Virus record (IMG/VR): IMGVR_UViG_3300021371_000010
Location: 1-64,000 of that record
DNA from: an uncultured virus (IMG/VR IMGVR_UViG_3300021371_000010)
Lineage: Duplodnaviria; Heunggongvirae; Uroviricota; Caudoviricetes
Length of the DNA stretch: 64,000 nt
Reading direction: 5' to 3' (one strand)
In this document: piece by piece, positions 1 through 12,900 of the stretch
Position numbering within the stretch: the stretch's first letter is position 1
How the letters are laid out: the number at the start of each line of letters is the position of its first letter
Translations under genes and position numbers: made by a program
Notes under the pieces: model-generated
Databases searched by the model: none
The model's input: the letters and a program-made list of their open reading frames with translations, nothing else
What the model was told of the DNA's origin: nothing

Positions 1-1
1 T

Positions 2-1039
2 GCAAATGCTCAAGTAATTACTCAAACACCAGCAACTGGTGGTGCAGAGAAAGAGACAATTGAATCAATTAAATTTAAAGCAACTAAGTTCTATACATCT
101 CAGAATAGACTTGTGACCCTTAACGACTATAAAGCAAAAGTATCAGAGTATTATCCAAACGCAGATGCAGTTGCAGTTTGGGGTGGCGAAGATAATGAAC
201 CACCTGAATATGGCAAAGTGTTCATCTCTCTCAAACCAAAGAACTCAGATTACTTGTCTGAAGCAGAGAAGCAACAAGTATCAAACAATCTTAATCAGTT
301 AAACATGTTAACTGTTAGACCAGTTATTGTAAACCCAGAGATTGTAAAGATTCTTTGCAGTACGACATTCAAATACAATAAGAACTTAACAACATTAGCA
401 CTAGGAGAATTAGAAACTATCGTAAGAGGTGCTATTGTGAATTTTGACAATACTAACTTAAATAATTTTGATAGTATATTCAGACATTCAAACCTACTTA
501 AAGCAATTGATGAGAGTGAAAACTCTATTCTTTCTAATACAACAAATATTAGATTATCTAAGAAGAAGACATTAAATCTAAACAAGAAAGAAGGTCACGT
601 TATTAAGTTTGGTAATGCATTCTATAATCCACATTCTGGACATAACGCAGAAGGTGGAGGTATATTACAATCTACAGGATTTAAAATACAAGGTGATGCA
701 TTAAACACACACTACTATGATGATGATGGAAAAGGCAATCTTAGAAGATACATCTTATCAGACGGTGTAAGAGTTATAAAGAACAGCACAGCAGGTACAA
801 TTGATTACACTGCTGGACAAATTTCAATTGATGCAGAAACATTTACCTCAACAGTAAATAATGACACATCAATAGAATTTACCATAGTACCTTCATCTAA
901 CGATGTTATTGCGATTAGGGGTTCTCTAATTGATATTGACGTTGATAGAATTAAGGTCACTGGTGAAGTAGACACCATCGCAAGTGGTGAGGCGAGTGCT
1001 GGAGTAGGATATACTTCAACATCTACGTCTAATTATTAA
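2..1039 (+). CDS. gp6: Baseplate wedge subunit gp6 (5' truncated by window)
   Basis: Frame is open from base 2 (ANAQ...TGGAEKETIESIKF...QNRLVTLNDY). It contains the gp6-type motifs WGGEDNEPPEYGKVFIS and GTIDY. Position before gp7/gp8 fits. Confidence 0.9.
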   Translation, partial: ANAQVITQTPATGGAEKETIESIKFKATKFYTSQNRLVTLNDYKAKVSEYYPNADAVAVWGGEDNEPPEYGKVFISLKPKNSDYLSEAEKQQVSNNLNQLNMLTVRPVIVNPEIVKILCSTTFKYNKNLTTLALGELETIVRGAIVNFDNTNLNNFDSIFRHSNLLKAIDESENSILSNTTNIRLSKKKTLNLNKKEGHVIKFGNAFYNPHSGHNAEGGGILQSTGFKIQGDALNTHYYDDDGKGNLRRYILSDGVRVIKNSTAGTIDYTAGQISIDAETFTSTVNNDTSIEFTIVPSSNDVIAIRGSLIDIDVDRIKVTGEVDTIASGEASAGVGYTSTSTSNY

Positions 1040-1111
1040 TATGCAAGAAGTGATCGTGTGGTTTTCCCACGAGTAGTTTCCCATTTATTTGGATTATAGG
1101 AGGATAATTAA

Positions 1112-1612
1112 ATGGCAGATAAAAAGATAACGGCGTTAAACGCCATCGGAGAAGGTCAAGTAGACTCAGGTGATTTACTTCACGTGGTCGATGACCCACA
1201 GGGTACACCTGTAAATAAGAAAATGACGTTGGCAACTTTGTTCAACAACATTCCGACTTTCTTGGCACTTGATAGTGTTGAAGCATTGAACGAATCAACA
1301 TTTGTATCAGCAGGTGTTGGAGTTTCAACTGCAATAACAACACTAGACTTTACTGGTCAAAGTGGTTCATCAGATATTTCTGGTGACTTACCTGTACCAA
1401 GTCATGAAGGTCAAATTAAAGTCATCATCAGAAAGAAAGATGACGTTAGTGGTGTTGGTGGTTCAATCGATGTACCAGCGGCATCAAACTGGGTTTCAGG
1501 TGCTTCAGCAACAGCAGTTGCAGTTATGGAGTCAAACTCAGCAATGGTATTAGTTGGAGTAGGTTCAACATGGTACCCAGTTGCAACAGTAGGTACTGTT
1601 ACTCTTAGTTAA
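1112..1612 (+). CDS. Putative virion structural protein
   Basis: 166 aa with a GGAGG RBS. The MADKKITAL...GDLLHVVD...NKKMT N-terminus is typical of small fibre/structural proteins of T4-like phages. Lies between gp6 and gp7. Confidence 0.6.
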   Translation: MADKKITALNAIGEGQVDSGDLLHVVDDPQGTPVNKKMTLATLFNNIPTFLALDSVEALNESTFVSAGVGVSTAITTLDFTGQSGSSDISGDLPVPSHEGQIKVIIRKKDDVSGVGGSIDVPAASNWVSGASATAVAVMESNSAMVLVGVGSTWYPVATVGTVTLS

Positions 1613-1628
1613 TTGATGGATTAATCAG

Positions 1629-4600
1629 ATGGCACATCAAAATCATATAGTAGATAGATTAACAAACAGACTATCGACAATTCTTCCTGAACATATCAGA
1701 GAAGATGCGCCGATATTTGAATCGTTCCTATCTTCTTATTTTGAGTACCTAGAATCTGAAATCATCGTTATTGAAGATGAGCAAGTATTAACAGCAATAC
1801 AATTAGAAGACGGAACTGTAATAGGTGATGGTAACTTAGTCACTGAAGATAGTTCCGATCTTCTATCTAATAGAATTTTAATTCCCAGAGTCGAACCGAC
1901 AGATGCAGAAGAATCAGAACCAATTGTTAAGGGTGAATACATCTATGGCAAAAATAATGGTTCAGTAGCAAAAGTTAAAGTACGACAAGGCAATGTTATA
2001 ATTGTCGATACAGTATCGGGAACAGGATTTGCAGTTGGCGAGACTATTGAAGGTCGTGATGGTGGTCAAACTGCAATAGTTAAAACATATAAAGAAAACT
2101 CTATTGTAGCATCTAACAGATTGCTAGACTATTCTAATATCGATCAGACATTAGAAACATTCTTAGAGTACTTTCAAAAAGATTTCATACCATCGTTAGA
2201 TTTAGCAGACACACAAAATAAAAGATTAACATTAAAGAATATAAGCACCCTTTATAAGCAAAAGGGTACTGCTGAATCTGTAGAGTTCTTGATGAGAATT
2301 CTATATGGTCAATCATCATCTGTAAAATATCCAATTGACGAAACTATATTTGCATCTAAATCAGATTATTCTGAAGTGCGAAAAATGGTTGTCGTTATGG
2401 AACAAGGTGGTATACCAGAAGCAACAGATAGAATCATACAATACAACGTAGAAGATCCCTCTCTCAAAGATGCAGAAGCAGTAGTAGAAACAGTAGAGAT
2501 TATTAATACGACAGATAGACGATACGGTCTTTCAATATCAAGAACACATAGAGGAACATTTACAGAAAATTCACCAGTCGTATTAGTAGACAGAGATGGA
2601 ATTACAAGATATCCTGGAACAACTAAAGGTATAATCTCCGAACTGATAGTAGATGATTCATCAACAACTTTCGGACTAGAAAGTGAATCTGGTGATCTAT
2701 TACTAGAAGATAACTCAGCACTTTTATTTGAGGGTGCATCTACTGGATCCATGTATAATCTTAATGATAAGATTAACTTTACTGGAGCAAAAACAGACAC
2801 TTCGGTAGTAGAAGCATTAACAACTGTATCAGAACTATCTAGAGGTTCTATAGAAGAGATATACATCGAGAGTGCTGGAACAGGTTATTCAGCAAACGAC
2901 ATTATCATCTTTGAAAATGCTAACACAGAAGGTAGTGGAGCAGAAGCAATCATTGGGGCAGTTGGTGACGAACTTATTTTAGAGAACGCAACTGTATTTG
3001 ATCAATACGAGTTAATCGCAACAGCAGGTCAAACAAAGTTTGGTGGAGTAGATAGTAACGGAGATGCAGTTAGAGATTTAAACAACAAACCAGTTGCTCT
3101 AAACGGATTAGATGTTACAGTTCTCGTAGATGGTTTAGAGCAAGACGTATCTCTTTACACTGTACAAAATGATGGTGTTCTATTCGACAGTTCACCAACA
3201 ACATCAGGTGGCGAGAGAGTTGAACTTGTAACTAAGTTTAGCAGAGTATCGTTAGAGAATGGCGATCAAGTCTATTTAGAGGGTGGAGATCAGAGAATAC
3301 GTAAAGTAACTATCACCTCAGGTGGTGCAGGTTATCAAACATTCCCACAAGTTTTTGTTGGTGGTTATCTTTACTTTGATAAAACTGTAAGTATAACAGG
3401 ATTCTCAGTTGGCGAACTTATAACAGGACAATCTTCAAATGCCACATCTAGTATATCACGTATTGATACTAAAAACAATAGATTAGTTGTTAGACGTTCA
3501 TCGACTGATACAGGAACATATCAAGACGGAGAATTAATTGTTGGTGGTTCTTCAAGTGCTGAAGCAATCATTAAGAATGCTAGAGTTACAGCAGGTACGG
3601 GAGCAAAACTTTTTGCATGGTCATCAAAAATTGGTGGTGTTGAGAAAGTAAGAATAACAAATCAGGGTTACGATTTTGATGAGAACGCAGTTATTTCTAG
3701 TACATCATTTGATAACATGCTTACGTTTGCACCAACAACAGCATCAGCACTTGATAAGGGTGTACAAATTACTGGTGTAACATCTGGTGCTACAGGAACT
3801 ATTGTATCATATGATACGCAAAGAAACTTACTTAAGTTTACAGATAGACAAGGTACTTTCTTAGTAGATGAGAAAGTTACATATGGTAATGATTCATTCA
3901 AAGTATTGAAGTACGATCCATATGATGCTAGAGGTAAGTTGTCTGGAGAAGGTATCACAAACGATAACTTCTTTGGTGATACTGGTTATTTATCTAACGA
4001 GTTCTCAAACATTCAAGATGGTAGAATCTATCAAACACATTCTTACATCATCAAAGTGGGTGAATCGATTGAAAAATATAGATCGATAGTTAAAGATTTA
4101 GTTCACCCTGCAGGGCATATATTTTTTGGTGAAGTTGCAGTTGAACGTGTCATCGCATCATCGGCATCACTAGCAGATAGATTTGCAATCAATCAAGATA
4201 ACAGATTAGGTATTATTAATACTACTTTTGTACCTACAATTCTAATTGAATTAGAACATACAGAGCATATCATAATGGAAGATTCTACTAGAGATAGTGA
4301 GAATAAACTTCTATATGAGAATGGCGATAGAATTGAAAACGAAGACGCATTCGAACCAAAAGCAAGAACACAAAGACAGACTCAACTTCTTATTCATACT
4401 AAAGCAGATGAACTTTCTAACATGGCAATGGCGCATGTATTAAGAGATTACTTAAATGAAGGTGCTGAAGTAGAGAGACATAGAGTTGAGACTATTAAGA
4501 AATTTATTAGTAGTGCTACACAAACACAGATAGCAAATGATATCAGTGATCCCGTGGCACCAACTGCATCTCTAGTTACAGTAATCAATCAAAGATCACC

Positions 4601-5381
4601 TAGACTTGATGGTGTCGTATCAGTATTGAACTTAGCAACAGCAGACAATGACTATCTAAAATTAGATAGAGAAGATGCAGTATCGCCAATCGGTGTAAGA
4701 CCACAAGATCAAGGTAAAGTCTATCAGATAGCAGACTTTAGTGAAGAGATGTTAGTCTTTGAAGATGGCACAAATATACAACTAGAAGAACCTAGAAATA
4801 GAATATCATTAGAACCTGAAAGAAGAAACCTTGAAGGGGAAAACATGGCACTAGAAGATGGCAGTGGTACGATTCTTTTAGAAGATGAAACAATTCCTGA
4901 GCATATCGAAAGATTTATATCAGAACGATCACGTGAATTGTTTAGTCCATATTTCTATTCAGAAAATAACATGGATAGAATAGTTATGGAAACAGGTGAA
5001 CCTTTAGTTCACGAACAGTTGGGGACAGGAACATTAAGCAGTTTTGTTCCACATGGACCAACTATAAGATCAATAAATAAGATTGCATTTCAAGATACAT
5101 ACAGAATTGCGTATTACATGCTCGATGAAGAGACAGGATCACAAGAAGAAGATAGATTTATCTTAGAAAGTGGCACTGATGGTGGTTCAGGATCTATCTT
5201 ATTAGAAGATACTGAAAGAGATGGATTAAGAATTAGTCAATTGAATGAACTTCTACAGACGTTCTACATAGCAGAATTACCAAGACATGAGAATAGAAGA
5301 ACCAATATTGCGTACTCTTCTTATGTAAATTCATCTAATATTACTAATGGTAACCTAGCATTATTAATAGAAAGTGAATAA
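1629..5381 (+). CDS. gp7: Baseplate wedge initiator gp7-like
   Basis: LPEHIRED..FESFLSSYFEYLE, YKQKGTAES.EFLMRILYG and IQDGRIYQTHSY..K..VHPAG motifs. Position between gp6 and gp8. Confidence 0.8.
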   Translation: MAHQNHIVDRLTNRLSTILPEHIREDAPIFESFLSSYFEYLESEIIVIEDEQVLTAIQLEDGTVIGDGNLVTEDSSDLLSNRILIPRVEPTDAEESEPIVKGEYIYGKNNGSVAKVKVRQGNVIIVDTVSGTGFAVGETIEGRDGGQTAIVKTYKENSIVASNRLLDYSNIDQTLETFLEYFQKDFIPSLDLADTQNKRLTLKNISTLYKQKGTAESVEFLMRILYGQSSSVKYPIDETIFASKSDYSEVRKMVVVMEQGGIPEATDRIIQYNVEDPSLKDAEAVVETVEIINTTDRRYGLSISRTHRGTFTENSPVVLVDRDGITRYPGTTKGIISELIVDDSSTTFGLESESGDLLLEDNSALLFEGASTGSMYNLNDKINFTGAKTDTSVVEALTTVSELSRGSIEEIYIESAGTGYSANDIIIFENANTEGSGAEAIIGAVGDELILENATVFDQYELIATAGQTKFGGVDSNGDAVRDLNNKPVALNGLDVTVLVDGLEQDVSLYTVQNDGVLFDSSPTTSGGERVELVTKFSRVSLENGDQVYLEGGDQRIRKVTITSGGAGYQTFPQVFVGGYLYFDKTVSITGFSVGELITGQSSNATSSISRIDTKNNRLVVRRSSTDTGTYQDGELIVGGSSSAEAIIKNARVTAGTGAKLFAWSSKIGGVEKVRITNQGYDFDENAVISSTSFDNMLTFAPTTASALDKGVQITGVTSGATGTIVSYDTQRNLLKFTDRQGTFLVDEKVTYGNDSFKVLKYDPYDARGKLSGEGITNDNFFGDTGYLSNEFSNIQDGRIYQTHSYIIKVGESIEKYRSIVKDLVHPAGHIFFGEVAVERVIASSASLADRFAINQDNRLGIINTTFVPTILIELEHTEHIIMEDSTRDSENKLLYENGDRIENEDAFEPKARTQRQTQLLIHTKADELSNMAMAHVLRDYLNEGAEVERHRVETIKKFISSATQTQIANDISDPVAPTASLVTVINQRSPRLDGVVSVLNLATADNDYLKLDREDAVSPIGVRPQDQGKVYQIADFSEEMLVFEDGTNIQLEEPRNRISLEPERRNLEGENMALEDGSGTILLEDETIPEHIERFISERSRELFSPYFYSENNMDRIVMETGEPLVHEQLGTGTLSSFVPHGPTIRSINKIAFQDTYRIAYYMLDEETGSQEEDRFILESGTDGGSGSILLEDTERDGLRISQLNELLQTFYIAELPRHENRRTNIAYSSYVNSSNITNGNLALLIESE

Positions 5382-5407
5382 TTTGTAAAAATCTTCATAG
5401 GCAATGT

Positions 5408-5415
5408 TATAAATA
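5408..5415 (+). promoter_or_regulatory. T4-type late promoter TATAAATA
   Basis: Exact consensus upstream of gp8. The gp55 late sigma factor is encoded in the window. Confidence 0.8.
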
Positions 5416-5458
5416 GTTTAATAAATACTTAACTGAGGAGTTAATCGAGGAACAAAAA

Positions 5459-6952
5459 ATGGCAGCAATTATTTTAGAAAAGTTTAGAACGCATAATGCG
5501 AAAGAATTCATCGCAGATTTTGGCGATTCATCAAACTATATTTTTATAGGCAGAACACATGCGTGGGTAGATGCAAGTGATTCATCAATAGACGACAATA
5601 ATCCACCTTCACCAGCAAATTCAGAGAGTGAAGAAGTAAGAGCATTCGAAGATATGATTGCACTTAAGCAAGTTGGTACAGGAGACGTATCACATGGATT
5701 AGTTAGACATAACTGGACAGTAGGAACTGTTTACGATGAGTATAGAGATGACTACAGTGCATCAAATCAGACTCCATCAGGTGCTAACAACTTCTTTGAT
5801 GGTAGAGGTTATGTTGTAACTTCAGACTACAAAGTTTATAAGTGTCTTAAAACTCCATTTTCCTCAGGAACAGCACAAGGCGCCGCAGTAAATAGTGAAC
5901 CAACTACTACTTCAACAACTGATCCTCAAGTTACAACAGATGGTTACATGTGGAAATTCATGTATCAAATTCCTGCCTCAGAAGTTATTAAGTATGTTAC
6001 TAACGATTTCATTCCAGTTAAAACACTAGGTGCTAAAACAACAGTTGCAGGTTCTGGCACAGGTGGTGGATTCGGAACATCTGCTTCAGATGACGGTTCA
6101 GCACAATGGGACGTAGAAGATGATGCAGTAGACGGAGCAATTTACAGATACATTGTTAAAACTGCAGGTACTGGTTATAGAAATAACTCTAACGCAACAG
6201 ACTTTTCAGTAGACGTAGCAGTAGAGGGAGATGGTTCTGGTGCAGTAGCAACATTATCATTCGTTGGTGGTGCATTGAACAACGTAGTATTCAAAGACTC
6301 ATCATCATATGGTGCAGGATATAAAAGAGCATCATTCCCAACAATTGGTTCTGCAATATCAGGAATCTCAAGTGGTTCTGGTGCAACTATTCATGCAGTT
6401 ATTTCTCCAATTCATGGACATGGAGCAAATCCAATCGAAGAACTTGGTGGTAACTTTGTTATCTTAAACTCAAGATTAGAATTCGGTGATGGTCAAGGAG
6501 ACTTCCCAACAGATAACGACTTTAGACAAATTGGATTGATTAAGAATCCTGCTAAAAGAGATGGATCAATCTCAAACTTGGGAACTATGACTGCTACTCA
6601 GAAACTAACACTTGATGATGCATCAACAGTATCAGTAGATGACATTATTGTGTCTGATCTAAATAACAATGCATCAACAAAAAGAGCAAGGGTTGTATCT
6701 AAAACAAGTAATGTTATCAGAGTACTTCCAATCGCAAATGGCGGTGGTGAGTTTGTAAACTTTGTAGCAGAAGATGACATTTATCTAAATGATGCGGGTT
6801 CTAAAGTAACAGATGTATCATTAAACGGTATTGATAATGATCACCCAGAAGTTTCTCGATTTACAGGTGACATCTTGTATGTTGAGAATAGAGGTCCAGT
6901 ATCAAGGGCCGCTGATCAGATTGAAGATATCAAACTGATTATTGAAATGTAA
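5459..6952 (+). CDS. gp8: Baseplate wedge subunit gp8
   Basis: YIFIGR, YKVYKCL, DGYMWKFMY, FRQIGLIKNP and C-terminal GDILYVENR...QIEDIKLIIEM motifs. Confidence 0.9.
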   Translation: MAAIILEKFRTHNAKEFIADFGDSSNYIFIGRTHAWVDASDSSIDDNNPPSPANSESEEVRAFEDMIALKQVGTGDVSHGLVRHNWTVGTVYDEYRDDYSASNQTPSGANNFFDGRGYVVTSDYKVYKCLKTPFSSGTAQGAAVNSEPTTTSTTDPQVTTDGYMWKFMYQIPASEVIKYVTNDFIPVKTLGAKTTVAGSGTGGGFGTSASDDGSAQWDVEDDAVDGAIYRYIVKTAGTGYRNNSNATDFSVDVAVEGDGSGAVATLSFVGGALNNVVFKDSSSYGAGYKRASFPTIGSAISGISSGSGATIHAVISPIHGHGANPIEELGGNFVILNSRLEFGDGQGDFPTDNDFRQIGLIKNPAKRDGSISNLGTMTATQKLTLDDASTVSVDDIIVSDLNNNASTKRARVVSKTSNVIRVLPIANGGGEFVNFVAEDDIYLNDAGSKVTDVSLNGIDNDHPEVSRFTGDILYVENRGPVSRAADQIEDIKLIIEM

Positions 6953-6992
6953 TTGTTGTTTTAAACAACATTAAACTTAAAAAGTAGAAACT

Positions 6993-9900
6993 ATGACTGA
7001 GAAAACCGATCTAAATATTACACCCTATTACGACGACTATTCAGAGGACAAGAACTTTCATAAAGTCCTCTTTCGTGCTGGTAGACCTCTTCAAGCAAGA
7101 GAATTAACTCAGTCTCAATCTATTCTACAAGACCAAATCGAAAAGTTTGGTGGCCACTTCTTTAAAGAAGGTTCTATTGTTCAGGGCGCAGAAGCAAATA
7201 TAGACATGGACGTCTACTATGTTAAAGTGCAATCATCAAATCCAAATGTGGGCAATGGCGATACTAGTGTTGAAGGATATAGAGAATCGTTTCATGGTAA
7301 ATATATCAGAGGTGGTTCTACTGGTGTTGTAGCAAAAGTTATAACTTCAATTGCAGAAACATCTACAGATTCTATTACTCTAATTGTTAAAGCATATTCA
7401 AGAGGAACCGATTCTAAAGGTTCATTCATCTTTGTTGGCGACGAGACACTTAGAGAAGTCACAATTGATGGTGCAGGTGCAGTAACAAATAATGAAGGTA
7501 ATGAAAACTTCTTTAAGACAGTTACAGATGAAGACGTACCAACTGGTAGATCATCTATTGCACAAATTAGTCAAGGTACAGTTTACTCAAGAGGATTCTT
7601 TGTAAACGTAGATCAACAAGTTATTATCTTAGAGAAGTATAGTGGTGCACCTTCGTATAGAGTAGGATTACAGATTAAAGAAGAACTTATCAGTTCTGGT
7701 GCAGATACAACATTGTTAGATAATGCACAGGGTACTAATAATGAAAATGCCCCAGGTGCAGATAGATTAAAAATCACAATGATACTTAAAAAAATAGGTA
7801 TCGAAGAAGTAACAGACACTAACTTTATCGAATTAACAAGAGTTAATCAAGGTGTTATAGAACTTCACATCAATAGACCAATTTATAGTCATATTGAACA
7901 TACAATGGCAAGAAGAACTTTTGATACTTCAGGAGACTTTGTAACAAAACAATTCTTGACAACATTTAGAGAACATTTAAAAGAAGGTGACAACAAAGGA
8001 TTTTATACTGCTGGAGAAGGTGGTGATAATTCTAAGTTTGTTTGCCAGATCTCCCCAGGTAAAGCATACGTAAAAGGGTATGAGATCGAAAAGATTGGAA
8101 CATCTAATTTAGAATTATTAAAAGCAAGAACTACAGCATCGTTGACTAATACAGCAACGCCTGTTAGACTTGGTAACAAATTAAAAGTAAATAATGTACT
8201 AGCATTACCAGAATTCCAAGACGATGCAAGTACAAGTACAACAGCATTTAAACCAATAGAATTATATAACCAAGCACAGAGCAGTGGTGCTCCTGCTGGT
8301 GAAAAGATTGGATTTGCAAGAGTCAGACATGTCGATAATGACTTGAACGTCTCTACACAAGCAACTGATGAACTCAACTTATATCTATTTGATATTAAGA
8401 TGTTCACAAAACTTAAATTCAGTGCTAATATTAGTGCAAGTGATTACAGTGTAGGAGATAAAGTTCAAACATCTTCTGGCGCATCTGGTATTGTTGGAGT
8501 TATAGAACATAGTACAGATAGTATCTATCTACATGATGTAGTCGGTACATTCAATGATGGTGATACTGTTGGTGCTAGAGGTCTAAAATCTACAAGCAGA
8601 ACGATTGACACTGATGGTGTAATTGTATTTAATATTGCACAAGCAAAATCAGTATATCAAGCAACTCCAGGTGGCGGTAGTCAAAACTTTGTAGCAAACG
8701 TAGTACTAGATGATTTCAGAACATTATCTGGATTCGCAACATTGGGTGCTGGTGGAACTTCAGATGCCACAGTGACTGGTGTTGGTACTCAGTTCACTAG
8801 AGAACTAGTTGTTGGTGATACTATCTTAGATAGTACAGGAACAGAAAGACTAGTTAAAGCAATTACTTCAGATGTTGCATTTACAATCGACGATGTAGAT
8901 GGCACTTCAGCATCAGGAGTCTCAAGTCAAGTACAGGTTAATCTTGTTAGAAAAAGATCAGTACTAAGAGATCAAGACCAAACAGCGGCAATCTTTGCAT
9001 GGCCAAGAGACTATGTAAGCAAAGTAACTCCGTCTGATAACGGTCTACAAGTTAGAAAGCAAATTAGATTAACAATTTCAAATGGAGATATTACAATTCC
9101 ATGTGATACTGCTAACGAGAAGTTTGCTATAGGAAATGAAGACAATTTTCAATTTGCAGTTATAGAACAATCAACTAATGGTAGCAGAACACTTACAAAT
9201 GGTCAAGTTGTATATCCAAATGACATTTCTAGTTTCCCTACACCAGGTGATGCTAACTTAGTAATACCTATTGGTGATCAAAGCAGTAATCAATATGACG
9301 ATGGTGCAAAAGTATTAGTATCTTATTCAGTAGTAAGAAAAACACCAGACATTAAAAACAAATCACTGATTAAAAGTAGATCGATTTATTTCGAAGACAA
9401 AAACTCAACAAACACTGCAAGATACGGTACTGCTTACGATCATAAAGAATTGTCAATTGGTAAGTCAGACGTTAATAAAGTTTGGGCAGTATTAGAAGGA
9501 GTACCTGGTACATTAACTAATAGTCACCCTACACCACCAAACGCAACACTAAACAGAACATCAGGCACATTTAACTCAGGTGAAATTATAGTTGGTCAAA
9601 CATCTGGTGCTAAAGCAAGACTATTGACTTATAATGAGGGTTCAACTTCATATCTTCTATACATTAAAGAGGGTGTGCAGTTCTCAACAGGAGAAGCAGT
9701 TGTAGGACAGACAAATACTGGTGTAGCAACAATTCAGAGTTACGATGTAGGATCACCAAACATTAAGTCTAGATATTTCTTAGACAATGGTCAGAGAGAT
9801 GGTTATTACGATCTTGCTAAATTACAATTAAAAGAAGGTGAACCTACACCTAATAATCCTATCACTATAATCTTCGATCATTTTGAAGCAGGTGGTGGTG

Positions 9901-12900
9901 ATTACTTCGCAAGAGGATCATATAATGATTCAGAAATAGATTACGAAGATATACCAAATTATTCACCAAACAAAGTCGACCTTGGAGGGTTTGAACCTGA
10001 TGGACAATTCGAATTGTCCGATGCAGTTGACTTTAGATCACATACAGATTCACTTATCAGTGTTACTGCTTATGATCAAACAAACGTACCAAACATATCT
10101 AACATTACAACTGCACCATTTGCCTATGATTCTAGAGTGTTCTCATCATTTGATATTGCAACACCTACACCAGGTTCGACAGTTGATGCATCGTTAGAAT
10201 TCTATGTACCAAGAATTGATAAAGTATTCTTACATAAAGGTGGCATATTCGAAGTAGTATCTGGATATCCAGATATCTCACCACAGAAACCACAACCTAT
10301 CGATGATGCTATTGAAATGTTTGAAATTTTCATACCAGCATATACTGATAATCTCAAAGAGTTAAAAGTAAAAGCAAGAGATTACAGAAGATTCACCATG
10401 AAAGATATTGGTCGAATCAATCAAAGAGTATCAAACTTAGAAAGAATTACATCTCTATCATTATTAGAGAAAGATACTCAATCAAAACAAATTTTAGATG
10501 CAGATGGATTTGACAGATATAAGTCAGGATTCTTAGTAGATAACTTTAGAGGTCACAAGATTGGTGATGTATCACATCTTGACTATCATGTTGGTATTGA
10601 CACTAAGATGGGTCAATTAAGACCACAAAACTATACTCAGTTCTTTGACATTGAACACAAGTCTTCAGCATCAGCAAACTTTAAAAAGACTGGTGATCTA
10701 ATCACACTACCATATACTGAACACACTTTTGTTGATCAGAATAAAGCATCAAGACATTTGAATGTTAACCCATATCATGTCTTTGCATTTATTGGTAATG
10801 TTAAACTTACACCTGAAACAGACATATGGCAAGATACTGAAACTTTACCAGAAGTTAGAATCAATAAAGAAGGTAACTATGATGCCGTACTTGCAGAAAA
10901 TCAAAACTCATTAGGAACTGTATGGAATGCATGGCAAACAACATGGGTTGGAGAACCTCAAGTTGTATCAGAAGAAACACTAGCATCTGTACCTGCTAAC
11001 TGGGATGGTAATCCGTCTCAAGGTGGTACAGGACAAAGTACAGCAACTATTACTAGAGAGATAACAGAAACTCCAGAAACTCAAACAAGAAATGGGGTTA
11101 TTACTTCAGTAGTAGAAGAGTTCGTAGAAACAAGAAACGATAGAATTGTCAGTGTACAAGTTATACCTTTCTGTAGAGCAAGAACACTTGAGATTACTGC
11201 AACAAACTTAAAACCAAACACTAATCATTACATACTATTTGACGGAATTACAGTCAACGAATATGTAAGACCATTTAGCACAGACTATTCACAAACAACA
11301 CATACTGCCGCAAGTGCAGGTGTTAAGACAGATGCTAATGGTATGTTGAGAGCATATTTTGATCTACCAAATAATAGATTCCAAAAGTTCCCAACAGGAC
11401 AAAGAGAACTTAGAATTACATCTAGTTCAAATAACTTGTCTAACCCAGATTCATACGGTGTAGCAACTTATCAAGCACAAGGACTTTTACAATCAAGTCA
11501 AACTGAGATTGTATCTACAAGAAATGGTCGTGTGGTACTTGAAAGAATTACAGATCAAAGAGAGATCATGCAACGTGGTGAAAGGATTAATGTTAACGTA
11601 GTTCAGAGAGAACCTGAACCAGAACCACCACAATCTCCACCACCACCTCCGCCGCCTGATCCACCACAAGATCCAGATCCAGAACCGACGCCTGATCCAA
11701 CACCAGATCCGACGCCAGAACCGAATCCTGAACCTGCGCCAGAACCAACGCCAGAACCAACACCACCACCGTTGGAAGATCCACCACCAGTGGACCCACC
11801 AGTTGTGTTGCCAGTTGATGATGTTTGGAGACCTGTAAGAGACTTCCCAAGAGAGAGAAGATTCGAAGCAAGAGATTGGATGGATCCACTAGCAGAATCA
11901 TTCTTAGTTGAATCTGATGGTGGTATGTTCTTAACATCAATTGATATTTACTTTAAGTCAAAAGATAATAATTTACCATGTTCAGTACAAATTAGAAATA
12001 TGGTAAACGGATATCCTGGTCAAATAATTTTACCATTCTCAAATGTGACTAAAAATCCAGGTGATATTAATGTATCAGAAGATGGTTCAGTAGCAACTAC
12101 ATTTACTTTTGAGTCACCTGTATATGTTGAAGACAGAGCAGAATACTGTTTCGTAGTCTACTCAAACTCAAACGAATATGAGTGTTACATCTCTAGAATG
12201 GGTGAACCAGATATTATTACTGGTGAAACAATTTCAGGACAACCATATGGTGGTTCATTATTCAAATCACAAAACGCATCAACATGGAATGCAGAGCAAA
12301 CAGACGATCTTAAGTTTAAGATGAAAGTTGCTAAGTTTGATACATCGAAGGTATCATCACTTATATTTGAAAATGCACAATTGCCATCACAAAGTTTACA
12401 AGATAATCCTGTACAAACATTTGTTGGTGAACAATACGTAAAAGTAAATCACTACTCACATGGTATGTATGATAGTAATTCAGATGTTAAAATTATAAGT
12501 GTAACAGGCGATAAGAAGAACGCAATTTACAAACTAAGTACAGCATCTGGTAGTGTTACTAACGTAACAGCAGGTACTTACACAGGACTAACTCAGCATG
12601 TATCATCATCAACATCAGGTGAAGGTGCAGTATTTAATGTTGTAACAACAGGAACCACTGGTAACGAAACGATTGCTAGAATTGAAGTTACAAATCCAGG
12701 ACATGGATATTCAACTTCAGACAATATCGTAATCAATACAACTCTTGACGGTGATGCAGTAAATATCTCATTTGGTATTACAACAGTAGGTGACACTTTA
12801 GGTGGTATACCAATCACGTTGATTAATGCAGAACACAAAGGTATCACTGATTATAGTATCGATACTTATAACATAGACGTAGATGCCTCATTACTAGATA

